A stretch of DNA of 46,342 nucleotides from Eubacteriales bacterium (GCA_045602205.1 JAZSBF010000084.1:1-46342); one strand, 5' to 3'. Positions 36,448-46,342 are shown, counted from the first letter of the stretch. Program-made: numbers and translations. Notes: generated from the letters alone by a model not told the origin.

Positions 36448-36476
36448 ATTATATCACCAAAAGCCTTATATGTCAA
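36448..36476 (-). promoter_or_regulatory. Consensus sigma-A promoter of alaS
   Basis: TTGACA, 17 bp spacer, TG-n-TATAAT. Confidence 0.8.
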
Positions 36477-36491
36477 TAGCTTTCGCCATTC

Positions 36492-37343
36492 TCACGCATT
36501 CTCGTCGTCACAGAGCGCTACTCCGATAACGGTTGCGTACTGCGCGTTTTTGGGAACTATAAACCTTACGTCAAAATTCTCCTCAAGGATAGCAAACACA
36601 CGTGTTACTGCTTCTATGTTAGCAAGATTTCCCGTCAGAACAACGTTCTTTATGTTGTAATTGCGAGCCGCAAAAACGCCAAGCATTGCGATCGTTTCTG
36701 CCACCATATTCACTATTCCGAGAGCTATATCGTTCTTTGTGGCGATATCCGACAGCTTTCCAAAGTTAGACGCGGTAAACTCCTCGTTTATCTGAAAGGT
36801 CTTATCCCCCGAAATATCCTTTATGCGAAGGTCCACATTTGAAAGATCTCCGTATTGGCACATATCCTCGATATGCTCGACAGTATCAACGCCAAGCATC
36901 TTCTTTGAAAGTCCGAGAAGCGTTCCGCCGCCAACTCCCGTACCGCCGAGATATTTAGTCTCAGTTCCGTTTGCTGTCTTCTTTGCGTGCACGAACGCCG
37001 TTCCCGTGCCCATACTGACAACTATCGCCTCGTCAAGCCCCGAAAGATAGAGTCCGCCAAGTCCGATAGAATCAAACTCGGATACCGTCTTGCAGGTGAG
37101 CGAGTATATGGGCTTGTCTATAAACGACGCTCCGACTCCCGTCATAAGCACCTGATTTATATCTCCAAGACCGATACCGTTCTGCATCGTGAATTTTCCG
37201 AATGCTCCGTATACAGAGGTGATAGCGTCTGTCGCTCTCACAAATTGAGGCTCGACAAGCTCTGAACGCCCATCCTCATATTTTTTAAGCGCAACTATCT
37301 TTGTTGTGCTTCCTCCAACGTCTATTCCTATAACTGTTCTCAT
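36492..37343 (-). CDS. coaW: Type II pantothenate kinase (ASKHA/fumble family)
   Basis: GIDVGGSTTK, SEFDSIGLG, VSMGTGT, GGTGVGGGTLLGL, VDLRIKDI, ASNFG. Confidence 0.85.
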   Translation of the reverse strand: MRTVIGIDVGGSTTKIVALKKYEDGRSELVEPQFVRATDAITSVYGAFGKFTMQNGIGLGDINQVLMTGVGASFIDKPIYSLTCKTVSEFDSIGLGGLYLSGLDEAIVVSMGTGTAFVHAKKTANGTETKYLGGTGVGGGTLLGLSKKMLGVDTVEHIEDMCQYGDLSNVDLRIKDISGDKTFQINEEFTASNFGKLSDIATKNDIALGIVNMVAETIAMLGVFAARNYNIKNVVLTGNLANIEAVTRVFAILEENFDVRFIVPKNAQYATVIGVALCDDENA

Positions 37344-37402
37344 AAAGGTAATTCCTTTCTTTCAAACTATCGTTAAAAATTTTTAAAAAATATATCTTAT
37401 AT

Positions 37403-37445
37403 ATTATATCACTCTCTTGAAAAAAAATCAAGAATATGTTATAAT
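37403..37445. promoter_or_regulatory. Overlapping divergent sigma-A promoters (coaW and HAD gene)
   Basis: Plus strand TTGAAA(37417)-17-TATAAT(37440); minus strand TTGATT(37431)-17-TATAAT(37408). Confidence 0.65.
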
Positions 37446-37486
37446 TACCTTATCATTTAAAATATTTTAAAAAAAGGACTGATATT

Positions 37487-38308
37487 ATGAACTTTACAAA
37501 TCCCGATACCTCAATTTTGAAAAAGAAAAAATTGTTTGTTTTCGATATGGACGGAACTATCTATCTCGGAAACTGCCCCTTTGATTTTGCGATAAAGTTT
37601 ATCGAAAATCTTCACAAGAACGACAAGAACGTGCTTTTCTTTACGAACAACGCGTCTCACACCCCTGATTTCTACATCAAAAAGCTCAACCGCCTCGGTT
37701 TTGATGCGCGCGAGGGCGAGATAATGACCTCGGGAGACGTTACGATAGAATTTCTCAAGCGTCACCGCGCGGGAAAGACGGTATACCTTGTCGGCACAGA
37801 TGAGCTTGTAAAGAATTTTGAAGAAAGCGGCATCCCTATGCTGAAGGGCAACGAGGAGAGCGCTGATATCGTTGTTACAAGCTTCGATACCTCTCTCACC
37901 TACGAAAAGCTTGATAACGCTTGCCGTCTTATAAGAGGCGGAGCAGAATATCTCTCCACCCACCCCGACAAGAACTGTCCCACCGAGAACGGATTTATCC
38001 CCGACAGCGGCGCTATCGCAGCTCTTGTAACCACATCTACCGACGTAGTTCCCACCTACTTTGGAAAGCCTTATAAGGAAACTATCGAGATGATAAGCGA
38101 GGCTACGGGCTTCGATCCTTCCGAAATGTGCATTTTCGGCGACAGACTTATGACAGATATCGCGCTTGGAAAGAGGTTTGGAGTTACCTCGATTCTCGTG
38201 CTCACAGGCGAGACTCAGATGCGCGACGTTGAAGCGGCTGCCGAAGCTGATCGCCCCGACTTCATATTCGACTCGCTTGCAGACGTTGATAAAATTATAT
38301 TTGGTTGA
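37487..38308 (+). CDS. HAD-IIA family hydrolase (NagD-like phosphatase)
   Basis: FDMDGTIY, FTNN, FGKP, GDRLMTDI, VLTGET. Confidence 0.92.
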   Translation: MNFTNPDTSILKKKKLFVFDMDGTIYLGNCPFDFAIKFIENLHKNDKNVLFFTNNASHTPDFYIKKLNRLGFDAREGEIMTSGDVTIEFLKRHRAGKTVYLVGTDELVKNFEESGIPMLKGNEESADIVVTSFDTSLTYEKLDNACRLIRGGAEYLSTHPDKNCPTENGFIPDSGAIAALVTTSTDVVPTYFGKPYKETIEMISEATGFDPSEMCIFGDRLMTDIALGKRFGVTSILVLTGETQMRDVEAAAEADRPDFIFDSLADVDKIIFG

Positions 38309-38318
38309 TCTTAACCAC

Positions 38319-38357
38319 ATATTATGGGAGCTTCTTTTAAAGAAGCTCCCATAATAT
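38319..38357. repeat. Near-perfect 39-bp palindrome without U-tract
   Basis: ATATTATGGGAGCTTCTTT-T-AAAGAAGCTCCCATAATAT. Confidence 0.7.
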
Positions 38358-38379
38358 CAAACCGAAAGGAGAACTGACT

Positions 38380-40146
38380 ATGGCGTTCGACGCAGGTATG
38401 CTTGCCTGTACGCTCAGTGAAATAAAAAGACTTGCGCTTGGTGCGCGTATCGAGAAGGTATATCAGCCCGAAAAGGACGAGATCATTCTTCAAATGCGCA
38501 GTCTTGACGGCGGAAAGCGCCTTCTTATAAACGCGGGCTCTAACAATCCAAGGATAGGATTTTCTTCTATACCAAAGGAAAACCCTCAAAATCCGCCTAT
38601 GTTCTGTATGCTTCTCAGAAAATATCTTCAGGGCGCGAAGCTTGTATCTGTCACTCAAGCTGATTTTGACAGAATAGCGTTTCTTGAATTTCATACCCGT
38701 GACGAAATGGGATTTGACTGCACTCGTTTTCTTATTGCCGAGCTTATGGGAAAATACAGCAATCTCATTTTTGCCGACGAAAACAAAAAAATAATATCGG
38801 CGCTGAAAACAGCGGATTTTTCTCTCGATTCGGCGCGTCAGCTCCTCTCGGGCGGTGTTTACTCTCTGCCCTCTTTGGGTGGCAAAATTTCCCCTTTGGG
38901 CGTCGATGAGCAAAAATTTGATGAGATACTCGCCTCAGCGCCACTTGGGCTTGAGGGCGATAAATTCCTTGTCAAGACCTTTTCGGGACTCTCTCCCGTC
39001 GTGGCAAGAGAGACGATATTCAGAGCGAGCGGAAGATCCGACACGCCTTTGCGCGACTGTCAACCCTCGGCCCTAAAAAAGGAATTTTTTGCGCTCACGG
39101 ATACGATAAAAAGCGAAGCTTTTGAGCCCACCGTTGTATATGACAACGGAAAGCCCGTAGAATATTCATTTATATCGCTGTCGCATTACACCTCACTTGA
39201 AGCTAAATCTTTTGACTCCGCGGGACAAATGCTCGACATTTTCTTTGACACCCGAGACAAAGAGCTCAGAGTACGTCAAAGAGCCTCGGATATACTGAGA
39301 CTTCTCACTAACGCCGAAACGAGAATAAGAAAGAAGCTGGATATTCAGACCGCTGAGCTCGGAGACTGCGAAAAAGCTATCGTATACAAAAAATACGGCG
39401 ATCTCATAACCGCGAATATTTACCGTCTTTCAAGAGGCGACAGATTTGCCGAGCTTGAGGACTATGAGTCGATGGACGACGACGGCAATTTCAAGACTCT
39501 CAAAATAGAGCTTGACTCCCGTCTTACCCCCTCGGCAAACGCTCAGAAATACTATAAAAAATACAACAAAAGCAAGACTGCGAAAGCCGAGCTTACAAAG
39601 CAGATACAACTCGGTAAAGAGGAGCTCAATTATATATACACGGTCTTTGACGCGCTTACAAGAGCCGAGACTCCCACAGACCTTGCCGAAATACGCGATG
39701 AGCTTTATCGTGCGGGATATGCTTCCAAGCTCAAGGGATATAACGATAGAGATAAGAAAAACCGTCACGCGCTCTCGTATATGCAATTTCTCACCGACGA
39801 CGGTATGACAGTGCTTTGCGGAAAAAACAACGCGCAAAACGAACACATCACTCACAAGCTCGCAAAAAAATTCGACTATTGGTTTCACGCAAAGAACACC
39901 CCGGGCTCACACGTGTTGCTTATAACCGACGGCAACGAGCCCTCTGACCGCGACTTTACACAAGCGGCGGAAATAGCCGCGTTCCATTCGAAAGCCGAAG
40001 GGCAAAATATTGCGGTAGACTATACCTTTGCGAAGAATATCAAAAAACCTGCGGGCGCAAAACCCGGTCTTGTGATATACCATACGAACTATACCGCATA
40101 CGTGACCCCAAACGCCGACAAGATCGCACAAATGCGAAAAAAATAA
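38380..40146 (+). CDS. rqcH: Ribosome quality control factor RqcH (FbpA/NFACT family)
   Basis: MAFDAG, RIEKVYQP, FCMLLRKYL, FDRI, ELMGKYSN, NAQKYYKKY, GKNNAQNE, WFHAKNTPGSHV. Confidence 0.93.
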   Translation: MAFDAGMLACTLSEIKRLALGARIEKVYQPEKDEIILQMRSLDGGKRLLINAGSNNPRIGFSSIPKENPQNPPMFCMLLRKYLQGAKLVSVTQADFDRIAFLEFHTRDEMGFDCTRFLIAELMGKYSNLIFADENKKIISALKTADFSLDSARQLLSGGVYSLPSLGGKISPLGVDEQKFDEILASAPLGLEGDKFLVKTFSGLSPVVARETIFRASGRSDTPLRDCQPSALKKEFFALTDTIKSEAFEPTVVYDNGKPVEYSFISLSHYTSLEAKSFDSAGQMLDIFFDTRDKELRVRQRASDILRLLTNAETRIRKKLDIQTAELGDCEKAIVYKKYGDLITANIYRLSRGDRFAELEDYESMDDDGNFKTLKIELDSRLTPSANAQKYYKKYNKSKTAKAELTKQIQLGKEELNYIYTVFDALTRAETPTDLAEIRDELYRAGYASKLKGYNDRDKKNRHALSYMQFLTDDGMTVLCGKNNAQNEHITHKLAKKFDYWFHAKNTPGSHVLLITDGNEPSDRDFTQAAEIAAFHSKAEGQNIAVDYTFAKNIKKPAGAKPGLVIYHTNYTAYVTPNADKIAQMRKK

Positions 40147-40156
40147 TCCAAAAAAG

Positions 40157-40300
40157 AAAAGATCACCCCTCGTACGCCTCTTGACGTATGATCGGTGATC
40201 TTTTTTTGCTCAAAATCAGCTTCTATATCACAAAACTCGGCAGAAGTTTTCTTCTGCCGAGTTTTGTATATGATATTCTTGAGATCTCGTACGAGCTCTC
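40157..40300. terminator. Cluster of hairpins/terminators between convergent rqcH and rplQ
   Basis: AAAAGATCACC...GGTGATCTTTT (40157-40207); ACAAAACTCGGCAGAAG-TTTT-CTTCTGCCGAGTTTTGT (40230-40267); GAGATCTCGTACGAGCTCTC (40281-40300). Confidence 0.75.
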
Positions 40301-40316
40301 TTTGACCCAAGAAAGA

Positions 40317-40736
40317 TTATTTCTCGAGAGGTGCAGCCTCTACTTTTTTATCCTTCTTCTTGTCCTTCTTATCGTCTTCAGTTGTCTTCTTGTAGTCGAT
40401 AAGCTTAACAATTGCCATTTCAGCACCGTCGCCTCTACGAGCGCCGAGCTTGAATATCTGTGTATATCCACCGTTGCGGTTTTCATACAAGGGAGCGAGT
40501 TCGTTGAATACTTTCTTTACAACGTCCTCCTTTGTAATGTATGCGAGAGCCGCACGACGGCTGGCAAGAGTGTTCTTCTTGCCAAGAGTAATCATTTTTT
40601 CTGCAACAGAACGAACTTCCTTTGCTCTGGTGAGAGTTGTCTCTACCTGTCCGTTCTCGAGCAACAATGTAACCATACCGCGAAGCATAGCATTTCTATG
40701 CGCAGTAGGTCTGCCGAGTTTTCTTGTTCCGGGCAT
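40317..40736 (-). CDS. rplQ: 50S ribosomal protein L17
   Basis: [39 protein letters not shown]; Lys/Asp-rich C-terminal tail. Confidence 0.97.
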   Translation of the reverse strand: MPGTRKLGRPTAHRNAMLRGMVTLLLENGQVETTLTRAKEVRSVAEKMITLGKKNTLASRRAALAYITKEDVVKKVFNELAPLYENRNGGYTQIFKLGARRGDGAEMAIVKLIDYKKTTEDDKKDKKKDKKVEAAPLEK

Positions 40737-40809
40737 TGTCGTTTTCCCTCCTTCTACGGTTTTTCAATCTAATTAAGATACATTCTTAGTCTCAATGAGC
40801 GCTATTTGC

Positions 40810-41784
40810 TCAGTCCTCTTCTTTTCTGAGTTCAAGACCCAAAGAATGCAGTTTCTGTATAACTTCTTCAAGCGACTTCTTACCAAGGTTACGGACTTTG
40901 ATCATATCCTCCTCAGTACGGTTTGTCAGATCTTCCACTGTGTCAATGCCTGCACGCTTCAAGCAGTTGAAGCTTCTTACAGACATGTCAAGCTCCTCAA
41001 TGGTCATCTCAAGAACCTTTTCCTTGATGGTCTCTTCTCTTTCGACCATGATCTCTACGTTCTTTGCTTCATCCGACAAATCAACAAACAAGTTGAGATG
41101 CTCGTTGAGAATCTTGGCGCCGAACGAAATCGCTTCCTTAGCCGAAATTGTTCCGTTTGTAAGAACTTCAAGTGTCAGCTTGTCGAAATCTGTTATATTT
41201 CCTACACGAGTATTCTCAACTGTGTAGCTGACATTGTAAACAGGTGTGTAGATCGAATCGGTATATATAGTTCCGATAGGTGCAGAAATATTTGCTCCAA
41301 GCATCTGAGCGTGAAGCTGCTTATTGCGATCCTGCGAAACATATCCTCTGCCGTGGTCGAATGTAAGCTCCATATAGAGTCTCTCGCCTTCAGCGACGGT
41401 TGCTATATGGTGCGCGGGATTGAGAATTTCAATATCAGAATCCTGCTTTATATCACCGGCAGTAACCTCCTGCTCGCCTACAACATCTATTATAACGGTC
41501 TTGGGCGCATTGCCGTGAATCTTTGCTATAATACCCTTAACATTGAGCACGATCTCGGTTACATCCTCTCTTACACCGGGGATAGTGGAAAACTCATGAA
41601 GAACGCCGTCGATCTTTATATTGGTAACAGCGTATCCGGGCAACGAGCTGAGCATTATTCTGCGCAACGAGTTACCAAGAGTTATTCCAAATCCTCTCTC
41701 AAGAGGTTCAACGATAAACTTGCCACTTGTACCGTCTTCGCTAAGGTTAACAGTTGTTATATTGGGCTTTTCTATCTCTATCAT
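40810..41784 (-). CDS. rpoA: RNA polymerase alpha subunit
   Basis: [46 protein letters not shown]. Confidence 0.98.
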   Translation of the reverse strand: MIEIEKPNITTVNLSEDGTSGKFIVEPLERGFGITLGNSLRRIMLSSLPGYAVTNIKIDGVLHEFSTIPGVREDVTEIVLNVKGIIAKIHGNAPKTVIIDVVGEQEVTAGDIKQDSDIEILNPAHHIATVAEGERLYMELTFDHGRGYVSQDRNKQLHAQMLGANISAPIGTIYTDSIYTPVYNVSYTVENTRVGNITDFDKLTLEVLTNGTISAKEAISFGAKILNEHLNLFVDLSDEAKNVEIMVEREETIKEKVLEMTIEELDMSVRSFNCLKRAGIDTVEDLTNRTEEDMIKVRNLGKKSLEEVIQKLHSLGLELRKEED

Positions 41785-41880
41785 TCCAAATAAACCCTCC
41801 TAAAAATATTGTGTGTTACAAACTTTTTTGTGTTTAAACGCAGTGCTTCCTTATACGGTTCTCCGAATAAAGATTGGAAA

Positions 41881-42507
41881 TTACTTGGAATAATGCTCGA
41901 CGATAAGCTGCTCGTTGAAATCGAAATCAACGTCATCTCTCTCGGGGAGAGCAACAACCTTTGCACTGAGGTTGGTCTTATCAACGTCAAGCCACTTGGG
42001 TGCAGTCTTTGTCTGAAGAGCTTCAGCAAGGCTCTTGCACTTTGCAGAACCGCGGAAATTCTCCTTAACAGCTACTACATCACCCGCACTTACAATAATG
42101 GAAGGGATATTTACCTTCTTACCGTTGAGTGTGAAGTGCTCATGAAGAACGAGCTGACGAGCTTCCTTGCGGCTCTCTGCCATACCCATTCTGTAAACCA
42201 CGTTATCAAGACGGCGCTCAATAAGCTTGAGAAGGTTCTCACCTGTCATTCCGTCCTTACGTGCTGCCTCTACGAAGTAGTTCTTGAACTGCTTCTCAAG
42301 AACACCGTAGTATCTCTTTGCCTTCTGCTTCTCACGAAGCTGCATTCCATATTCTCTCTGCTTCTTATTTGCTGCGCCGTGCTGTCCGGGAGCTGTTGCT
42401 CTGCGGTCAATTGCGCACTTGCCGGAAGTACATCTTTCTCCCTTAAGGAAGAGCTTTGTGCCTTCTCTGCGGCAAAGCTTACAAGCAGGTCCTGTATATC
42501 TTGCCAT
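41881..42507 (-). CDS. rpsD: 30S ribosomal protein S4 (Cys-containing form)
   Basis: [33 protein letters not shown]. Confidence 0.98.
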   Translation of the reverse strand: MARYTGPACKLCRREGTKLFLKGERCTSGKCAIDRRATAPGQHGAANKKQREYGMQLREKQKAKRYYGVLEKQFKNYFVEAARKDGMTGENLLKLIERRLDNVVYRMGMAESRKEARQLVLHEHFTLNGKKVNIPSIIVSAGDVVAVKENFRGSAKCKSLAEALQTKTAPKWLDVDKTNLSAKVVALPERDDVDFDFNEQLIVEHYSK

Positions 42508-42529
42508 TTTCTTTACCTCCTGTTATTAA

Positions 42530-42928
42530 TTAAACGCGTCTGCGCTTAGGCGGTCTGCATCCGTTATGAGGAACGGGAGTTACGTCTTTGATCATTGTGA
42601 TCTGAAGTCCTGCGGTCTCAAGTGCGCGGATTGCGGACTCACGTCCCGATCCGGGGCCCTTTACGTATACTTCAACAGACTTAAGTCCGTGTTCCATAGC
42701 TGCCTTCGCAGCTGTCTCAGAAGCTGTCTGAGCTGCATACGGAGTTGACTTTCTGGAGCCTTTGAATCCGAGTTCGCCTGCCGATGCCCAAGAAATAGCG
42801 TTTCCGGCAACGTCGGTGATTGTGATGATTGTGTTATTGAAAGTTGCACTGATGTGAACCGCGCCTTTTTCAATGTTCTTTCTCTCGCGGCGTCTCTTGA
42901 CAACTTTCTTTGCTGCAACTTTAGCCAT
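42530..42928 (-). CDS. rpsK: 30S ribosomal protein S11
   Basis: [32 protein letters not shown]. Confidence 0.98.
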   Translation of the reverse strand: MAKVAAKKVVKRRRERKNIEKGAVHISATFNNTIITITDVAGNAISWASAGELGFKGSRKSTPYAAQTASETAAKAAMEHGLKSVEVYVKGPGSGRESAIRALETAGLQITMIKDVTPVPHNGCRPPKRRRV

Positions 42929-42944
42929 CTGTCATGCCTCTCCT

Positions 42945-43313
42945 TTACTTCTTCTTGTTTGCTATCGTCTTTGCAGGACCTTTTCTGGTTCTTGCATTTG
43001 TCTTTGTTCTCTGTCCTCTTACAGGAAGACCTTTTCTGTGTCTGATTCCGCGATAGCAGTTGATCTCTACCATTCTCTTGATGTTAAGAGCTACCTCACG
43101 ACGAAGGTCACCCTCAACGGTGTAGTTGTTTTCAATTACATCACGGAGCTTTGCGATCTCTTCTTCGGTGAGATCTTTTGCACGTGTATCAGGATTTATA
43201 CCTGTTTTTGCGAGAATATCGTTAGAGCTCTTTCTGCCTATTCCGTAGATATAGGTAAGCGCTATCTCAACTCGCTTGTTGTTAGGAATATCAACACCAG
43301 CTATACGAGCCAT
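42945..43313 (-). CDS. rpsM: 30S ribosomal protein S13
   Basis: [32 protein letters not shown]. Confidence 0.98.
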   Translation of the reverse strand: MARIAGVDIPNNKRVEIALTYIYGIGRKSSNDILAKTGINPDTRAKDLTEEEIAKLRDVIENNYTVEGDLRREVALNIKRMVEINCYRGIRHRKGLPVRGQRTKTNARTRKGPAKTIANKKK

Positions 43314-43349
43314 TCTGTTTATTTACCTTTCTGTTAAATTTTAAGACAA

Positions 43350-43463
43350 TCAACCCTGTCTCTGCTTGTGCTTGGGGTTCTCGCAGATAACCATTATTTT
43401 GCCTTTTCTTTTTATGATTTTGCACTTATCGCAAATCTTCTTAACGGATGGTTTAACCTTCAT
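43350..43463 (-). CDS. rpmJ: 50S ribosomal protein L36
   Basis: Hand translation [37 protein letters not shown] (37 aa, too short for the ORF track). Confidence 0.97.
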   Translation of the reverse strand: MKVKPSVKKICDKCKIIKRKGKIMVICENPKHKQRQG

Positions 43464-43504
43464 TCTATTATACCATACCTTTCTTAATTTGTTATCCGTT
43501 TAAC

Positions 43505-43723
43505 TTACTTTGCTCGCCAGGTTATGCGGCCTTTGTTAAGGTCGTATACCGACACCTCAACAGTAACCTTATCACCGGGCAATATTCTGATATAATTCAT
43601 TCTGAGCTTCCCGGATATATGAGCTGTTACTATGTGCTCGTTAGGAAGCTTTACCTTGAAGGTTGCGTTAGGCAGTGCCTCAACGACCGTACCCTCAAAC
43701 TCTATTACATCATCCTTTGGCAG
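43505..43723 (-). CDS. infA: Translation initiation factor IF-1 (probable CUG start)
   Basis: Hand translation (M)[71 protein letters not shown] (72 aa); AGGAGG, 7 nt, then CTG. Confidence 0.95.
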   Translation of the reverse strand: MPKDDVIEFEGTVVEALPNATFKVKLPNEHIVTAHISGKLRMNYIRILPGDKVTVEVSVYDLNKGRITWRAK

Positions 43724-43762
43724 AACAATCCCTCCTCTGCTGTAAATTCTGTGATATCAACC

Positions 43763-44524
43763 TTACCAGTCCTTATCGATAAGCGTTGTTATTATAACGC
43801 CTTCACTTGTAAGCGCGACTGTATTTTCATAATGTGCCGACAGCCCCTTATCAGCGGTTTTAACCGTCCAGCCGTCAGGCAGTTCATAAACGTCCTCGGT
43901 ACCTGTATTGACCATAGGCTCTATCGCCAATGTCATTCCCGCGCACAGTCTCGTACCTCTTCCCGCAGTTCCGTAATTGGGAACGTCGGGCTGTTCGTGA
44001 AGCGCTCGCCCCACTCCGTGACCGATATAACGGCGTACTACCGAAAATCCTTCCTTTTCAACGCAATTCTGAATAGCGCTTCCAACATCGCCTATTCTAT
44101 TTCCCGTCTTAAGCATATCAACGCCCGCAAAAAAGCTGTTTCTCGTTACCTCGATAAGCTTCATTGCCTCGTCGCTGACCTTTCCGACAGGAATAGTTCT
44201 TGCGCTGTCTCCGTGGAATCCGCCATAAAAAGCTCCCACATCTATCTTAACGATATCTCCTTCGCGCAAAATCCTCTTTTCAGAGGGTATTCCATGAATG
44301 ACCTCATCGTTTATACTGATGCAAGCGGATGCGGGGAAGCCGCCATATCCGAGGAAGGACGGTTTAGCTCCGCAACGCTCTATATACTCTCTTATAAGAG
44401 TATCAAGCGCTTTAGTGCTGATTCCTTCCCGAACATGCTCGCGTGCGAGCAGTAGTGCTTCGCCCGTGATCCTTCCTGCTTCCTTCATTGCTGAAATCTG
44501 AGCGGAATTTTTAAGTTGAATCAT
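43763..44524 (-). CDS. map: Methionine aminopeptidase type I
   Basis: CISINDEVIHGIP, DVGAFYGGFHGDSART, GHGVG, LAIEPMV, SAHYENT. Confidence 0.97.
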   Translation of the reverse strand: MIQLKNSAQISAMKEAGRITGEALLLAREHVREGISTKALDTLIREYIERCGAKPSFLGYGGFPASACISINDEVIHGIPSEKRILREGDIVKIDVGAFYGGFHGDSARTIPVGKVSDEAMKLIEVTRNSFFAGVDMLKTGNRIGDVGSAIQNCVEKEGFSVVRRYIGHGVGRALHEQPDVPNYGTAGRGTRLCAGMTLAIEPMVNTGTEDVYELPDGWTVKTADKGLSAHYENTVALTSEGVIITTLIDKDW

Positions 44525-44526
44525 GC

Positions 44527-45171
44527 TTATGCCTCAAACTTTTCAAGTGCCTTAAACACGTTCGCGGTGGTATCCTCCACACGCTCCATTCCCTTAGCGC
44601 ACACAAGAATTCCCTTGTTTCCATAAAATTCTTTAAGTGGCTCGGTTATTTCGTGATAAGTGTTAAGACGATTGATAACTGTTTCGGCTGCGTCATCGTC
44701 TCTGATATAGAGAGACGATCCACAAGCATCACAGACATCTGCCGATTTGGGCGGATTATAAACAACGTGGTAAGATGCTCCGCAGGACGAGCAGATTCTG
44801 CGTCCGCTCATTCTTTCGATGATCTTTTCATCCTCGACCTCTATACTGAGGACTGCATCGATCTCAACTCCCATCTGATCAAGCGCCTCTGCCTGAGGTA
44901 TCGATCTGGGAAATCCGTCGAGTATAAATCCGTTTTTACATTTATCAGATGCGAGATAATCCTTGATAATTCCAATGACGAGCTCATCGGGAACAAGTTT
45001 ACCTGCATCCATATATGCTTTTGCGGAAATTCCCTGCTTCGTGCCCTCTTTTACAGCGGCACGAAGCATTTCTCCGGTAGATACCGCGGGAATGTTCCAC
45101 TTTTGTGAAATTTTTGTTGACTGAGTTCCTTTACCTGCTCCGGGAGCACCCAATAAAATCAATTTCATCAC
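44527..45171 (-). CDS. adk: Adenylate kinase
   Basis: GAPGAGKGTQ, GFILDGFPR, Zn-LID CSSC...CDAC; start is GTG 45171 or ATG 45168. Confidence 0.97.
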   Translation of the reverse strand: MMKLILLGAPGAGKGTQSTKISQKWNIPAVSTGEMLRAAVKEGTKQGISAKAYMDAGKLVPDELVIGIIKDYLASDKCKNGFILDGFPRSIPQAEALDQMGVEIDAVLSIEVEDEKIIERMSGRRICSSCGASYHVVYNPPKSADVCDACGSSLYIRDDDAAETVINRLNTYHEITEPLKEFYGNKGILVCAKGMERVEDTTANVFKALEKFEA

Positions 45172-45189
45172 TGTTCCTCCAAGTCAGGA

Positions 45190-46342
45190 TCAGTCAAGGA
45201 AGCCCTTATAGTTTCTAAGCGACATCTGAGCCTCAAGCTCACGCACAGTTTCAAGCGCAACTCCGACAACGATGATCAAAGAAGAACCACCGAAGGAAAG
45301 AGCCGCAAATCTCACGCTACCGGGAGTGATCATATTATCAATGATAGTAATGAGCATCGGGAAGCATGCGATAAACGCGATAATAATTGCGCCGAGAAGC
45401 GTGATTCTGTTAAGGATCTTCTTGATGTACACTATGGTGGGTCTGCCGGAACGAATTCCGGGAATAGCTCCGCCGTTATTCTTGATGTTGTTTGCAACCC
45501 CTACGGGATTAAACGAGATAGCCACGTAGAAATACGCAAACGCGAACATAAGGATAGTATACACTATAAGATAGGGCCATGTAGTTACGCTAAACCATTT
45601 TTCAATAAATCTGGTAAAGCCATTCGGACTCATAAATCCTGCTATCATCGAGGGCAAAGAAACTATCGAGCTTGCAAAGATTATAGGCATAACTCCGGCC
45701 ATATTTACCTTGAGAGGCAAATTGGTGTTCTGTCCGCCGTACATCTTTCTGCCGACAACTCTCTTTGCGTACTGAACGGGGATTCTTCTCTCGGAGTCCG
45801 TTACCCAAACAACGAATACTACGAGCGCGATAAGGGTCGCGATGAGCGCAAGTGCGAAGAGAGTGGAGATGATACCGTAAAGCCAAGCCTTCTCGCTATA
45901 CTGGAAGGTGGAAATTACAAGGCTTACGAGGTTGTAAATAAGAGAAGGAAGAGAGGATACGATATTTGCGAAGAGTATCATCGAAATACCGTTACCGATA
46001 CCTCTTTCATTGATTCTGTCTGCAAGCCACATAATCATTGATGCGCCTGCAACGTAGCAAGCTACGATTACGATTCCGTAGAACCAGTACATAGAACTGT
46101 CTTCCTTAGTAGCAGCGTTCGTAAGAGCGCCGTTATTCTTAAGAAGGAAGTAGTAACCGATAGCTGTGATGATAGCGAGAATAACAGTTGTTATTCTTGT
46201 TATCAGGTTCATCTTCTCTTTATCGTTCTTTGCAAGCTCACCGAGCTTCGGGAAAACGATACCGAGAAGCTGAATTATAATTGACGAGTTAATATATGGT
46301 GATACGCCGAGGGCGAAGAGCGTTGCAGTTCCGAGTGATCCA
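45190..46342 (-). CDS. secY: Preprotein translocase SecY; 5' end lies outside the window
   Basis: Frame open to the right edge (TLFALGVSPYINSSIIIQLL); GIGNGISM, RRIPVQYAKR, AGVMPIIFAS, IPGIRSG, GGSSLIIVVGV. Confidence 0.96.
   Translation of the reverse strand, partial: GSLGTATLFALGVSPYINSSIIIQLLGIVFPKLGELAKNDKEKMNLITRITTVILAIITAIGYYFLLKNNGALTNAATKEDSSMYWFYGIVIVACYVAGASMIMWLADRINERGIGNGISMILFANIVSSLPSLIYNLVSLVISTFQYSEKAWLYGIISTLFALALIATLIALVVFVVWVTDSERRIPVQYAKRVVGRKMYGGQNTNLPLKVNMAGVMPIIFASSIVSLPSMIAGFMSPNGFTRFIEKWFSVTTWPYLIVYTILMFAFAYFYVAISFNPVGVANNIKNNGGAIPGIRSGRPTIVYIKKILNRITLLGAIIIAFIACFPMLITIIDNMITPGSVRFAALSFGGSSLIIVVGVALETVRELEAQMSLRNYKGFLD

Noticed and set aside
41785-41880. Small hairpin between rpsD and rpoA
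   Set aside because: Short and imperfect, with no recognisable leader motif; cannot be supported from one sequence.
1-46342. CRISPR arrays, tRNA/rRNA genes, transposases, integrases and defence systems
   Set aside because: None was seen by eye; the intergenic regions are short and mostly explained by promoters, terminators and riboswitches.

Overview
Core-genome window from an anaerobic, low-to-mid GC Clostridia (Bacillota) bacterium; the lineage is inferred from the gene set, T-box, sigma-A promoters and codon usage. The left ~10.8 kb is one tightly coupled minus-strand operon: mdh - fumC - hdrB - hdrC - hdrA - flxD(mvhD) - flxC - flxB - flxA - frdB-like - frdA-like (cut off at the left edge). 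This is the full reductive oxaloacetate->malate->fumarate->succinate route joined to a soluble Flx-Hdr complex that probably bifurcates electrons. No membrane anchor is visible in the window, and two Rex-like boxes sit at the promoter. Next come a degenerate mgsA, a Thr T-box and thrS; glyA; a GMP synthase lacking its glutaminase domain; and an apparently inserted BspA-type LRR lipoprotein with a long structured leader. These are followed by a radical SAM/SPASM gene, a membrane protein, livKHMGF, a yybP-ykoY riboswitch-controlled P-type IIA ATPase, ftsK, two half-size TauE genes, a DHHW protein, alaS, type II pantothenate kinase, a HAD-IIA hydrolase and rqcH. The window ends with the distal spc/alpha operon (secY partial, adk, map, infA, rpmJ, rpsM, rpsK, rpsD, rpoA, rplQ). 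infA appears to start at a CUG codon. No rRNA, tRNA, CRISPR array, integrase or transposase was seen. All calls are by-eye motif recognition; no searches were run.
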